In this document: piece after piece, positions 1 through 10,369 of the stretch
Layout: every line of letters starts with the position of its first letter
How positions within the stretch are numbered: position 1 is the first letter of the stretch
Assembly (NCBI RefSeq): GCF_018350175.1
Contig: NC_058386.1
Span: forward strand, 45,694,001-45,758,000
Direction: 5' to 3'
Source: Felis catus
Lineage: Eukaryota
Length of the DNA: 64,000 nt
Made by a program: the position numbers and the translations under genes
Notes under the pieces: generated by a model
What the model was told of the DNA's origin: nothing
The model's database searches: none
What the model saw: only the letters and a program-made list of their open reading frames with translations

Positions 1-139
1 GCAGTTTGTTAGTTCAAGCCCCACATCAGGCTTTGTGCTGACAGTGTGGAGCCTGCTTGGGATTCTCTCTCTGCCCCTAAACCGCTTGCTGTCTCTCTCT
101 CAAAATAAATAAATACCCTTAAAAATAAAAAAAAAAAAT
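1..139 (+). mobile_element. Carnivore/felid SINE (SINEC family), 5' end cut by window edge
   Basis: gttcaagccccacatcaggct...gctgacagtgtggagcctgcttgggattctctctc, (CT)n tract, AATAAA and A-rich tail, all typical of Can-SINEs. Confidence 0.85.
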
Positions 140-872
140 TAATGCAAAACACTACTTCAAATGGGATGCATTAACTCCTATGTTTTAGCAGCATCATTTG
201 TTATAACCAAATTACAGAGGCAACCCAAATGTCCATCGAAGGATGAATGGATAAACAAGATGTATATATATACAATGGAATATTATTCAGCTATAAAGAG
301 AATGAACTCTTTCCATTTGCAACGACATGCAAGGAGCTGGAGAGTATTAGAAATAAGTCCGTCAGAAAAAGACAAATAGCATATGATTTCACTCATAAGC
401 AGAATTAAACAACCACAACGAATGAGCAAAGGAAAAAAGAGTCAAACCAGGAAACATACTCTTAACTATAGAAAACAAAGGGATGAAGGGGATCCTGAGT
501 GGCTCAGTCGGTTAAGCATCGGACTTCGTCTCAGGTCATGATCTCAAGGTTCAGGAGTTCAAGCCCCACGTGGTGCTGTGTGCTGACAGCATGGAGCCTG
601 CTTCAAGATCCTCTGTCCCTCTCTGTCTCTCAAAAATAAAAATTAAAAAAAAATTTAAACAAGAAAACAAAGGGATGGTTACCAGAGGGGGCATGAAGTG
701 GTGGGGGGGTGGGGTGCGGGATGGGTAAAATAGGGGATGGGGATTAAGGAGTGCACTTGTCCTGATGAGCACTGGGTGTTGTATGGAAGTGTTGAATCAC
801 TGTATTGTACACCTGAAATTAATATTGTATGTAGGATTTAAAATAAACTTTGTAATAAAAAAAAAAAAAAGA
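140..872 (+). mobile_element. LINE-1 3' end (ORF2 C-terminus + 3'UTR + poly-A), interrupted by a SINE
   Basis: ORF 161..379 contains QPKCPSKDEWINKM..YTMEYYSAIK (L1 ORF2 C-terminal signature); G-rich 3'UTR; aataaa and A-tail at ~842-870. Confidence 0.9.
488..661 (+). mobile_element. SINEC inserted into the L1, with 16-bp target-site duplication
   Basis: ggggatcctgagtggctcagtcggttaag head and A-tail; TSD agaaaacaaagggatg at 470-485 and 662-677. Confidence 0.9.
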
Positions 873-894
873 AGAAAGAGAAAAAAGAAACCAG

Positions 895-985
895 GGACAG
901 ATGCTAGTGCTCCATCCCTGGAGAGCCTGATTTAGCGAGTCTGGAATGTGGCCCCCACATAAGCAGTATTTGGAAATGTCTCCTA
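895..985. mobile_element. Possible MER5-like hAT DNA transposon fragment
   Basis: ccatccctggagagcctgatttagcgagtctggaatgtggccc...agtatttggaaatgtctcc resembles MER5A from memory; short and diverged. Confidence 0.4.
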
Positions 986-1170
986 TGAAAACTTAGATTG
1001 CAGCTGTGCAAATAGAACTATCCTTAAGGAGAAAACCTAAAATCAGAAATGTGAGACTCCTTTGCAAGGAAAGCAGGTTTCCATCATTACCTGCTGTGGT
1101 TGGCAGATCTCACAGGCTTGAGGAGAGGAAAAACATGCCATGTAAATGCGGGTTTTAAAACTGACATTGT

Positions 1171-1402
1171 GGGGCGCCTGGGTGGCGCAGTCGGTTAAGC
1201 GTCCGACTTCAGCCAGGTCACAATCTCGCGGTCTGTGAGTTCGAGCCCCGCGTCAGGCTCTGGGCTGATGGCTCAGAGCCTGGAGCCTGTTTCCGATTCT
1301 GTGTCTCCCTCTCTCTCTGCCCCTCCCCTGTTCATGCTCTGTCTCTCTCTGTCCCAAAAAAAATAAAATAAAAAACGTTGAAAAAAAAAATTAAAAAAAA
1401 AA
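1171..1402 (+). mobile_element. Young full-length felid SINE (SINEC_Fc type) with 15-bp TSD
   Basis: ggggcgcctgggtggcgcagtcggttaagcgtccgacttcagccagg...gagttcgagccccgcgtc with intact A/B boxes and CpGs; TSD taaaactgacattgt at 1156-1170 and 1403-1417. Confidence 0.95.
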
Positions 1403-1664
1403 TAAAACTGACATTGTATCTGCTGTTCTCAATGTTGGCGAAAACCAAAGTTTGAAGTTAAAACCCTGGATTTGCTGTTGAAGCGTGTGACTTGTTATTG
1501 CTCGTCAAGATCCCTTGTGCTTACTTACTTTAAACTTTGCATTGCATAGATAACTTCTCCAGACAGATCACAATCATTCTTTGAAGATGGATTGGCTGAG
1601 ATTTGTATCAGTTGATGTGGATGGATCAGCGGTCAGGCTTATCTGCCAAGTTATGGAGTTTCCT

Positions 1665-1800
1665 TTTTTAACTTTTTATTATAATTTAATAATTTTTATA
1701 CAATAATTTTATTATATAATTTTTATATAATTTTATTATAATTTAATAATAATTTTATTATAATTTAATAACTTTTTATTATAATTTAAATGTTTAAATG
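1665..1800. repeat. AT-rich degenerate minisatellite (ttttattataatttaataa-like units)
   Basis: Almost pure A/T with recurring tttattataattt motif. Confidence 0.85.
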
Positions 1801-2459
1801 AATTCACATGCTCAGATAAGAGACCAACTAGGTCCAGGTATTTACGATGAAAAATAAAATTGAGCAGTCCCTTGTTTCATGCTCATGCATGGACACGTGC
1901 CTCCCCAAACTTTCTCTTTTAGCGATTCCTTCTGGATATTCAAGTCCATATTCCAAATCATGGGCTCACTGCTATGCCTAATCCATTGAGGTTAGACATT
2001 GTGAGTTCTTACAGAAGATGAGGAGTGCAGTCTCCCAGATATATTACAGGGCCCAGGTCTTCTGCTCGGAATTCCTGTGTGGAACCACCCAAACCAGGGG
2101 AAATCTCTGCTCAGGATGCGATCAGAGTGCATCTGCCGAGGAGGATCCCTCCTGGGGGACTTTACACACATCTGTGGCAAGGTGAGGATCATGGCTTAGC
2201 CTTTTCCAGAGCAGGTCCCAGAGAGTCATTGGACAATGGAGAACACACCTAGCAGTATCTCTAGGATTTTGCCTTCGGGAATTGGGTGGATGGCAGTGTC
2301 CAGCCATGAGACAGGGAATAGAGGTCTGGGGTCCTGTGCAGATTTGTAGGGCTTGTGGGATTTGCACCTGAGTAGAGGTGTCCTATAGGTTCAGCCCATG
2401 GGGTCCTGGGGCCCAGCAGACATTTCTTAGGTAGACTTGCTGATGGGAAAAGCCATCAG

Positions 2460-2900
2460 CATACAAGGGGAAATAGATGAAATCAAGTTAGATGCGTGGA
2501 GCTCTGGATGGCCATGTGGTCACCCACGAATCATGTATTAGGATGAGGAGAGCACAGGGAAGAAGTTGGAACCCTGGGAGAAAAAAGAAAAAGATTTAGG
2601 AGGGGATCAAATGAAATGGGCCAACAAGGAGACTTACAATTAACGACTGAGAAGTAGGAAGAAAGCTTGGGTGGGCTGCTGTCACAGATGCTGAGGAAAG
2701 ACAGCATTTTGAAAAAAGAATGTTCAGGCTGCCAAGACAGCATCGGGTACTTTGGTTTTGCAGCATGGAGCTCTTTGGAGAATTTAGCAAAGGAATGTTC
2801 CACGGGTGGGGGACACGGTAGAGGGAAATCCAGAGGTAAAAAGTACTCTCCTCAGTCTACACTTTGAAGAAGCCTGGCTTGAAGAGAATCAAGGCCAGGG
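2460..2900 (-). mobile_element. Ancient LINE-2 fragment
   Basis: Purine-rich plus strand with L2-like phrases (gaagtaggaagaaagc...ctgtcacagatgctgaggaaagacagc...ttttgcagcatggagctctttggagaatttagcaaag); highly diverged. Confidence 0.5.
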
Positions 2901-4729
2901 TGGTAGAGACAATTGGCTGTGTGCTTTCAGGGGATGTTCTTTTCTGTCCCCAAAAGCAAGACAGAAAACAAGATGCAGGTTCTGGAACCTCCTCTGGATG
3001 GTGAGCACTGTTGAACAGATGACCGAGTTGAGAGTTGGATGAGTCTCACAGGTGTTTCTTTCAGGGCAGAGCAGTGGGATTGGGCAGCAGTGGGGTTACA
3101 GGAAGTCTTCCATCATCTCCCATGCCATCCTTACCCCTGTGACCCATGCAGATGTGGCTACAGAGACTCAACATCTTCCAGGTAAAAGCCTCAGTGGATG
3201 GTGTCCGGGGAGAGTCCAACATGGAGTTGTCAGACTAGAGAGGAACGGGGGGGGGGGGGGGGGGGAGAGATTGGGAAGTTCTGGCAGAGGTGACATCAGA
3301 GGACAGGAGTCCTGTTGGGGGTGCTCAGAGCAGTTATGCCATTGAGAGCAGTGGATGTAAGGGGCTTGGGTTTGGGGTGATGGCAGGGCTGGGGATGTGG
3401 GCATTAGGCCACCACATTCAGACCCAGTATCTGTGAAAAAGATGTTTCTTGGTTTGGTGCAACCTTGTCTGTGGCCTGTGCCTGGATAGACTTGAGTCTT
3501 CTGTAAAACTAAGGCCTCTTCAAGAGATTGGCCTCAACATGTCCTATCTGGTGGTGAGGGTGCTTTGGGGGTCCTTCCGATGAGGAACAGAGAGGCTGGG
3601 CCGTAGAGCAGCAGAACAGAACTCCCATGTGATTCCCGCCACCACAAAGTGTATCCTCGGATCCCCATGAAGGGGGTGCAGGGTGCAGGGTGCAGGTTGC
3701 AGTGGGTCTTTGGAAGTACAGCGAGTGGCCCAGCTCTAAGATCACACACCAGGGCCACCTGGCAAGCCACCATGAAATAACTCAGGCGAATGCTCTCAGG
3801 CGAAGGACCAAGGTCCAATCCCAAAGCAAATTCTGCCATTGCTACATGGCCACAGCCCAGGCACTGTCAGAGCTCAAGGTCTTTGGGATGGAAACCCCAT
3901 CTTTCCAAAGCTCCTTCTCACTGCTTGAAGGGGGAGGGAGGGACAGACCATTATCTGAGAGGAGCCCCGATGAGGAATGGAGGCCAGGTGGACCATGGCT
4001 GGAAGAAGAGACCAAGGCCTTGCTCCAGGTCTTTCCATCCCCAGAGTGACACAAGGGGGTGTAGGCTTCTTCAGGACTAGTCCCTGGCTTCCATTTGAGA
4101 GACTCTAGGGCCTCAGGGCACCACTGTCCCATGAAGATGAAGGGTGGGAGAAAGCATGACTTTTTGAATTCCAAGAACCAAGTGGGACAATGGATATATC
4201 AATGTGTTCCAAGTCCTACAGCCTCCTGTAAAGAAAGCCTGTTGAATGGAGTACTGTTCCTGCTGCATAACTGTGTTATTGTTACCTAATGGGCTCTCCT
4301 TCATGGAAAGCACACTCAGGGGGCCAATGACAGCAACTGTAGACGTGAGACATGTCCTTTAGGGGAAGTTTGATTGCTGGTCTCTCAGAACAAAAGCCAG
4401 TGTCCTACCTGAGGCCATGTCAGGTATAGTGGACATGGGGAGGATCTACCTTGGAGATTAGATATGCTGAGGACCCAACAGAGGGGGAAAAGAACTTGGG
4501 AGATATTGCCAGGTCTGACAGCAACCACTGGGATTGTCACCCCTGCCTCTCAACTCTCAGGAGGAAACTCACATGATTTACCGTCCAAGGACACAAGAAA
4601 GGAAAACCTCTACCTCTTCTAATAAAAACTGGTGGCCTTGTACACGGTCCTCCAGGCTTTTTCCTCTGGTTCTGGGAACATTTATGAAACCCAACAACAC
4701 AACACAGGCACTGAAGTGAATGTCTGTGT

Positions 4730-6015
4730 AGCAAAGGAGAAATTGCCCGTGGAGGGCAAGGAGGCCATCAGGAGGCCCTGCTCACCTCGGTGACAGCCCT
4801 TGTCACTGAGTCCACTCTGCGTGTCTGGGGGGGGGGGGGCTCCCTTCCTTCATCTGTTCTGGGGGTCTGTTTGTGGATGTTTGAAGCTTCCTGAGTTAAA
4901 GGACAGGACAAGACAAGGACCGCTGATCTCTCAAATGGACGGCTTGGCCAGTGGGCAGAGGAAGAGCAGGTGGGGATGGTGAGCTGAGATCACAGAGCCA
5001 CTCATGCTCCTCAGACCCCATGGGCACGTTGGCTTATTTAGTCCCTGACTGATCTGATCTACACCATGAGAGCTGACCCTCTGGACTATGGAATGCAAGG
5101 GGAGGGGGGAGGAAGAGCCATTAATTTACATCCACTATGATAGCTACGTGTGGTCAGATGTAATCAGTGAATTGTCCAAATATACAAATGCTCAGTCTCT
5201 TTAAGTGAAAGTGTTCTCACATTTCCACCCCCTGCATCCTCCTCCCAAGATGAGGAGGGGGTATGTGTGGCTACAAATCTGTGTGATGATGTGAGTAGCG
5301 GGTCTATGACACACTTATGTGGCTCACAGTGCCCTCGTGGTCTCTGAGGGAAGGACAACACTTGTCTCCCAGGTCCAGCTGGTGATGCCGTGCATGGGGC
5401 TGGTGTAACTTGCACTTTTGTCCCTCTCTTCTTGGTCGGGTCCTGGTAGTCCCTGACTGACTCAGATTTACCTCACTTTGCTGGCATCTGCCAGTGCCTC
5501 TGAATCTGGGTTGCATCCTCCACCCCACCCCTGGGCAAGAGCGTCCAGTCCACAGGCTCAGCTGCAGAGGCATCTAAGTCTCCAGCCAGGTTAAAGCCTC
5601 CTTCATGAACCTCTGGCTAGGAGCTCAGCCACATTCTACATCCCCTAGGGTGGAGTACAGCTTCCCTCACCCACCCACCCTACCCCACCCCACCCCACCC
5701 CCAGGTCACACCTACACCACAGCAAGAACTAATTTCAGCTCCAGAAAGCTACATATCCACACTCCAGCTGCCCTTCTACCCAAAGAGAGAGGATGGCCAT
5801 TGGGCAGAGGGTACCTGTGCATCCCAAGTGTGAATGAGGTGAAACCCTCCTTTCCTTGGTGCTCCTCCTCGCTTCTTGACACCCATCCCTTGTCTGAGCT
5901 GTGTTGCCTCTGCCACCACTTGCTCTGTGGGCCTTGCTGCCCTGGACTGAAACGGACACTCTTTCTTTGGCTCTTCTTTCTTATTGACCCAACCTCCCAT
6001 GCTATATCCAGGTGA
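4730..6015 (+). repeat. Old diverged partial copy of the macrosatellite unit (corresponds to ~15055-16310)
   Basis: Collinear shared blocks: ctgctcacctc, gttaaagga, ggggatggtgagctg.gatcacaga, gtatgtgtggct, ctcagctgcag, cagctccagaaagcta, tatatccag. Confidence 0.85.
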
Positions 6016-6109
6016 AAAGGAGCATAATGAGAAATTGGCACATTGTCAAAAACAATGGAAATTGTGGTGACCTATCCCTCCCACTCAAAAAGTATGTATA
6101 AAGAAAGAG

Positions 6110-6720
6110 ATGGAGAAATGAATGGGCAGAATGCCAAAGGCTCCTCCGAGGTGGCCTACGATGTGCTTAGGGTGTGAGTGGGGTCAGGCAACATGGATAT
6201 TAATGGTGGCCTTGACAAGAACACTTGCAGTGGAGTGACAGGGACAGAATCTCTGTTGAAGGGGGTCGAGGAGCTAATGGTCTCAGGAGAAGTTGAAGCA
6301 GTTTTGCTTTGAAAGGCACAGATGATGTGCCAGTAGCTGCAAGATGACATGTGGGAAGAAGATGGGTTCCCCCCCCCCCTTGGGTGTGGAATGCTCCAAT
6401 GTAGAGAGAGCAGGTGATGGTTCAGGATAGAGGAGAGACAATTGCAGGAGCAGAGTCTCTGAGAAGGTGGGAGGCCTGGGATCCCGAGCAGCAGTGAGGG
6501 GCTGGTATGCAGAGGGGCAGCAGAGAATGCCAGGACAGAATCAGGTAGGTTGGGTTTGGGAAGCTCTGAGAAGCCCCACCTGATTGCTACTGTCTTCTCC
6601 GTGAATTATTAGGGAGGTGCACTGGAATGGAAGAGGATTGCAAGTGAGTGATGTAGTTAGTAGTGTGGGCAGGATGAGTGGGAGTGAGAAGCCATTCTCT
6701 CCTGACCATGGGATTAAGAT
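6110..6720 (-). mobile_element. Ancient LINE-2 fragment
   Basis: ggcaacatggatattaatggtggccttgacaagaacacttgcagtggagtgacagggacagaa... is a recognisable antisense L2 body segment. Confidence 0.6.
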
Positions 6721-7620
6721 GAAAGAATTCAGTAGGATTTTAAATTTTGTCATGAATGCTCTGATGCTCAGATACAAGCAGGGAGTGTTGGTATTGGGCG
6801 TGAACCAGTGAACCACGAGGTGGCCCAGGGGTCCATGGACTGGAAGCCCCCAAGAGGCTGAATACTGTGGATGTAGAGTCATTAGAGGGAGGGAGCTGGA
6901 GAAGGAGGGCATCCTGTTGGGGGTGAGGAGAAAGGGGAATGCTTGGCAGCGACAGCAAGGAGGGGAGCGGGGTTCCTGATGCCCACACCCCAAGGCAGGT
7001 CCCCGGGCAGCGGGATGTTCGGTTGGGGAGAAGAACAACCCTGAGGGTGGAGAGGACCGGGGGTGGCCAGGTGCTCTACTCGAATCCTGAGGAGGCCAGG
7101 AGGTAGTAGAGGAAGGAGGGTTGAGACGATGGCCAGTGTGCCAAGGGAGGAGCGTTTTCACAAGCTGGGGTGAACAGGAGGACAATGACCATGGGATCCA
7201 TACACACATCGCCAGAGGGATGGTCGGGGCGCCCGGGAATAGCACAGGACTGGGATATCAGCGATTCGAGCCTTTGGAAGCGTCGGGAAACCTCGTCAGA
7301 CTCAGGCAAGCACACAGTCCAGGACCTCACTCAGCCACCGTAGGCACAGAACCCACCAATCGGAGCGCAGCCCCAAGCCCGGGCATTCTACCTCCTGGGT
7401 GAAGGGACTTCCTGCCTCTGCAGGCATAGTTCCGGGGAGGGATGACGGAAGGCTTTTGTGCCAAAGGAGGTGTGGCCGAGCCAGTTATGCCTGGCTCCAG
7501 CTTTCTCTCCCCCTCAGTGGCCTTCCTCTTTTTTCCCTCAGCTATGGTCTCCAGGGCTCTTCTTATGACACTAACGAAAAAGACAGAGTTTACTTCGCGA
7601 TGTGCGGTATTCAGTTTGTC

Positions 7621-7639
7621 TAGCCAGTAGGTGACAGTG
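7621..7639 (+). promoter_or_regulatory. Degenerate CTCF motif in the diverged unit
   Basis: tagccagtaggtgacagtg, 2 mismatches to the array motif tggccagtaggtggcagtg. Confidence 0.6.
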
Positions 7640-7834
7640 TTGCCCCGTTCGGTGGGCTTCCACCCCGCCCTTTGTGCTTGAAAAAAAGAGTAGCTGCCTT
7701 TTATTCAAAAACCAGGGCTTGTTTTTCTGTTTGTTTGTTTTGTTTTGCGCCTGGGCGGTCAGGCAGTCTAGCCTGGTTCTGTCACCTCTCTCAGTAGGTG
7801 AGCACACCAGTGAAGATGCACAGCTGTAGAACAT

Positions 7835-8027
7835 CTTTTTTAAAATGTTTATATTTGAGAGAGAGAGAGAGAAAGAGTGCGAGCGGGGGAGAAGCAGAGA
7901 AACGAAGGCAATCTGAAGCAGGCTCCAAGCCTGGAGCTGTCAGCACGGAGCCAGACAGGGGGCTCGAACTAACTCATGACCTGAGCCAAAGTGGAGGCTT
8001 AACCACCTGGGCCACCCAGACGCCCTG
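7835..8027 (-). mobile_element. SINEC (older carnivore SINE), antisense
   Basis: T-tail, (GA)n, gaagcaggctcca..gagctgtcagcac.gagcc, ggggctcgaact, ccacccagacgccc; absent from the homogeneous units. Confidence 0.88.
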
Positions 8028-8264
8028 GGACAAAACTCTTAATGCTTTGTAAAATAGTTCCCAGGTTCCTCTGCAAATAGTATTTGCGCGTCTCTGAGTG
8101 TTCTGATTGACTTTCTGCCACACCTACTGGTTACCAGGCATTGAGGGGAAGAGGTACTGGGGGGTTCTTAATTAAAGCGTACAAAGAAACAGTTAGGGGT
8201 GATGAAACTTCTGTAGTTGGATGATTGTGGTGCTGATTGCACAACAGTGTGAACTTCATGGTTC

Positions 8265-8973
8265 TGATGAGGGGGTATGGGGTGGTCTGAGGCTGAAGTG
8301 CAAGCTAGTGCACCCCTGCCCTCCCCCGCCCCCCAGGTGGGATGTGTGTGATATTCCTCAGGCACTCGTGGCTGCCCAAGGACATAGGAAAGGAAAGAAA
8401 ACAAATGGCCAACTGATAAGAGATCATAGTCCTACTGGACTTGGATCTCCATCAGTTTACAAATATTTAGTAAATTACAAGAAAAAGGCAATCTTATCAA
8501 CAGCCTAATCTCTAGAAGCCTGTAGACTGTCTCCTGGAGCCCCACATCACCCCTCCATAGTGATATGGGAAACAAAGGCAAGAAGGAAATGACAGGTAAA
8601 ATTAAATTTCCTTATAACCTGCAGCCCATTGACAAATACTTAAGGCAAATACAGAGTATAACATTTCTCCCCGTCATAATGTTAGTGACTTACTAGAGGG
8701 AAAACAACCATAGCTTGATAATACCAAGGCCTCAGGTAAGGTAGGAGTCCTCTTTAGTATATCAAAGTCCCTGTGGAGGCCTCCCATTTGACTTCACCTC
8801 CCCAACACCAAAGTATAAAACCAGTCATTCTTCACAACCCCAGAGCAGCTCTTAGGGCCCATAGGTCCTGTCCCCATGCATTAATATAATCACCTTTTTG
8901 CACCAAATACGTCTTCAAGAATTCTTTGTTGGTTGTCAGCTCTGGACCCACTACCATCACCCCAAAAATATCA
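8265..8973 (+). mobile_element. Solo ERV LTR (~709 bp, probably ERV1 class) inserted in the unit's L1 fragment
   Basis: Termini TGAT...ATCA; flanking 4-mers gttc/gtgc (TSD with one mismatch); TATA-like gtataaaa at ~8813; the L1 fragment resumes on the other side. Confidence 0.8.
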
Positions 8974-9938
8974 GTGCTACAGAGTGTTCATTTTAAACAT
9001 GCTTAACATGGTAAATTTTATGTGATGGATATTTTAACACCACCAAAACGAGAAAAAACATGTTTCAGATGAAGGTGACTTGTCATAGAGTTTTTTCTAA
9101 ATAAGTAGTTGTACAAATGGATCCAAATAAATTACAGATGTCAAATAATGCATGAAAAAACAGAATACTAGCAATATTGAAAAGGTAAATTGTCCCTCTT
9201 CCCTTGCTTGATCTGGGTTAGCCTGCATTCCCTCCTCTTTGTCTCATCCCCTGTCTCCCCCTCCCGTACCTTATTCAGCAGTCACTGTGCTGTTCTGGGC
9301 TGGAAGGAGTGCGTAGCAGTATCCACATGTGCATGTGTCTGTGCGTGCACAGGACCCTTGATACAAGCTTATTTATTGGCAGGATCCCGTGTCTGTGGGT
9401 GGCCTCACACAATACATCCTGTGGTTTAGTTTCTCCTCCTTAGTGTGGTTTCTGTTTTTTTCCTGAGTAAAAAGGATGAAGCTTCAGTTACACTAGTAAC
9501 CATTTTTTTTAATCATCTCAAAGTCTGATCACAGAAAGAAAGAGACATGGAGACAAGTGCTTTCTTATCTGCCCCGACCTTCAGTCAGCCTGATGTCAGG
9601 ACTCAGTGAGGTCAAGCAGAGCTCATGTTGCCATGACAACAGAATAGCTCACCCCCTTCCAGCACACAGGCCCCTTTCCCTCTCTCTCCCTGCCTGCTAG
9701 ATCTCTTCTGAGAATGTGAATATGCTTTGCCTAGGAGGGAAGGGATGGATGTATAGCAGAGGATGCAAAGAGAGATGTGTAATCTTGGGATTCCCTCAGA
9801 AGGACCTGGGGGAGGGACCACAGCCCCCCAAAAGCATCCTGTACAGCACTGAGGTCCCAGGAGGCTACAAAGGGTATGAAAGCAGAGTAGATCGAATGTG
9901 GTTCTGTAATTTTCTCCAGCAGTACAGGATGCTACACC

Positions 9939-10063
9939 ATTTTTGTTAATGTTTATTTATTTTTGAGAGAGTGCGAGAGGGGCAGGGTGGGGTGGTGCAG
10001 AGAAAGAGGGAGACACAGAATCACAAGCAGGCTACAGGCTCTGAGCTGTCAGCACAGAGCCTG
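9939..10063 (-). mobile_element. Truncated antisense SINEC
   Basis: ttaatgtttatttatttttgagaga...gagggagacacagaatcacaagcaggctacaggctctgagctgtcagcacagagcctg. Confidence 0.85.
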
Positions 10064-10109
10064 GGGGGGGGGGCAGGGGAGGAAGCTGGGGGGTGGGATT
10101 CCAACTCAG

Positions 10110-10369
10110 GGACAATAGATAAACCTCCAGTATCCTGTGAGTCTTCTTTAGCATATGAAAGTCCCACTGGAAACTTCCACTTGACTTTACCTCCCCCAAC
10201 TCCCAAATATATAAACAGTCTCTCCAAAGGGTCCCAGGCAGCTCTTCCTGCCCATGGGTCCTTTCCCCATACCTTAATGAAATCACTGTTTTGCACCAAA
10301 GACATCTTCAATAATTCTTTCTTGGCTGTCAGCTCCAGACCACCCCATCATCACCCGAAAACTTCATCA
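10110..10369 (+). mobile_element. 3' part of a second LTR of the same family as 8265-8973
   Basis: Aligns to ~8715-8973 (ttgactt.acctcccc.aac, gcagctctt, cccat.ggtcct, ttttgcaccaaa.ac.tcttcaa.aattcttt, ends ATCA). Confidence 0.8.

Noticed and set aside
6541-7245. 234-aa minus-strand ORF
   Set aside because: Non-ATG start, Pro/Ser-rich reading of G-rich and L2 DNA, not preserved in the young units
8265-10369. Single provirus bounded by two LTRs
   Set aside because: The intervening DNA is host repeat-unit sequence with no PBS, gag or pol
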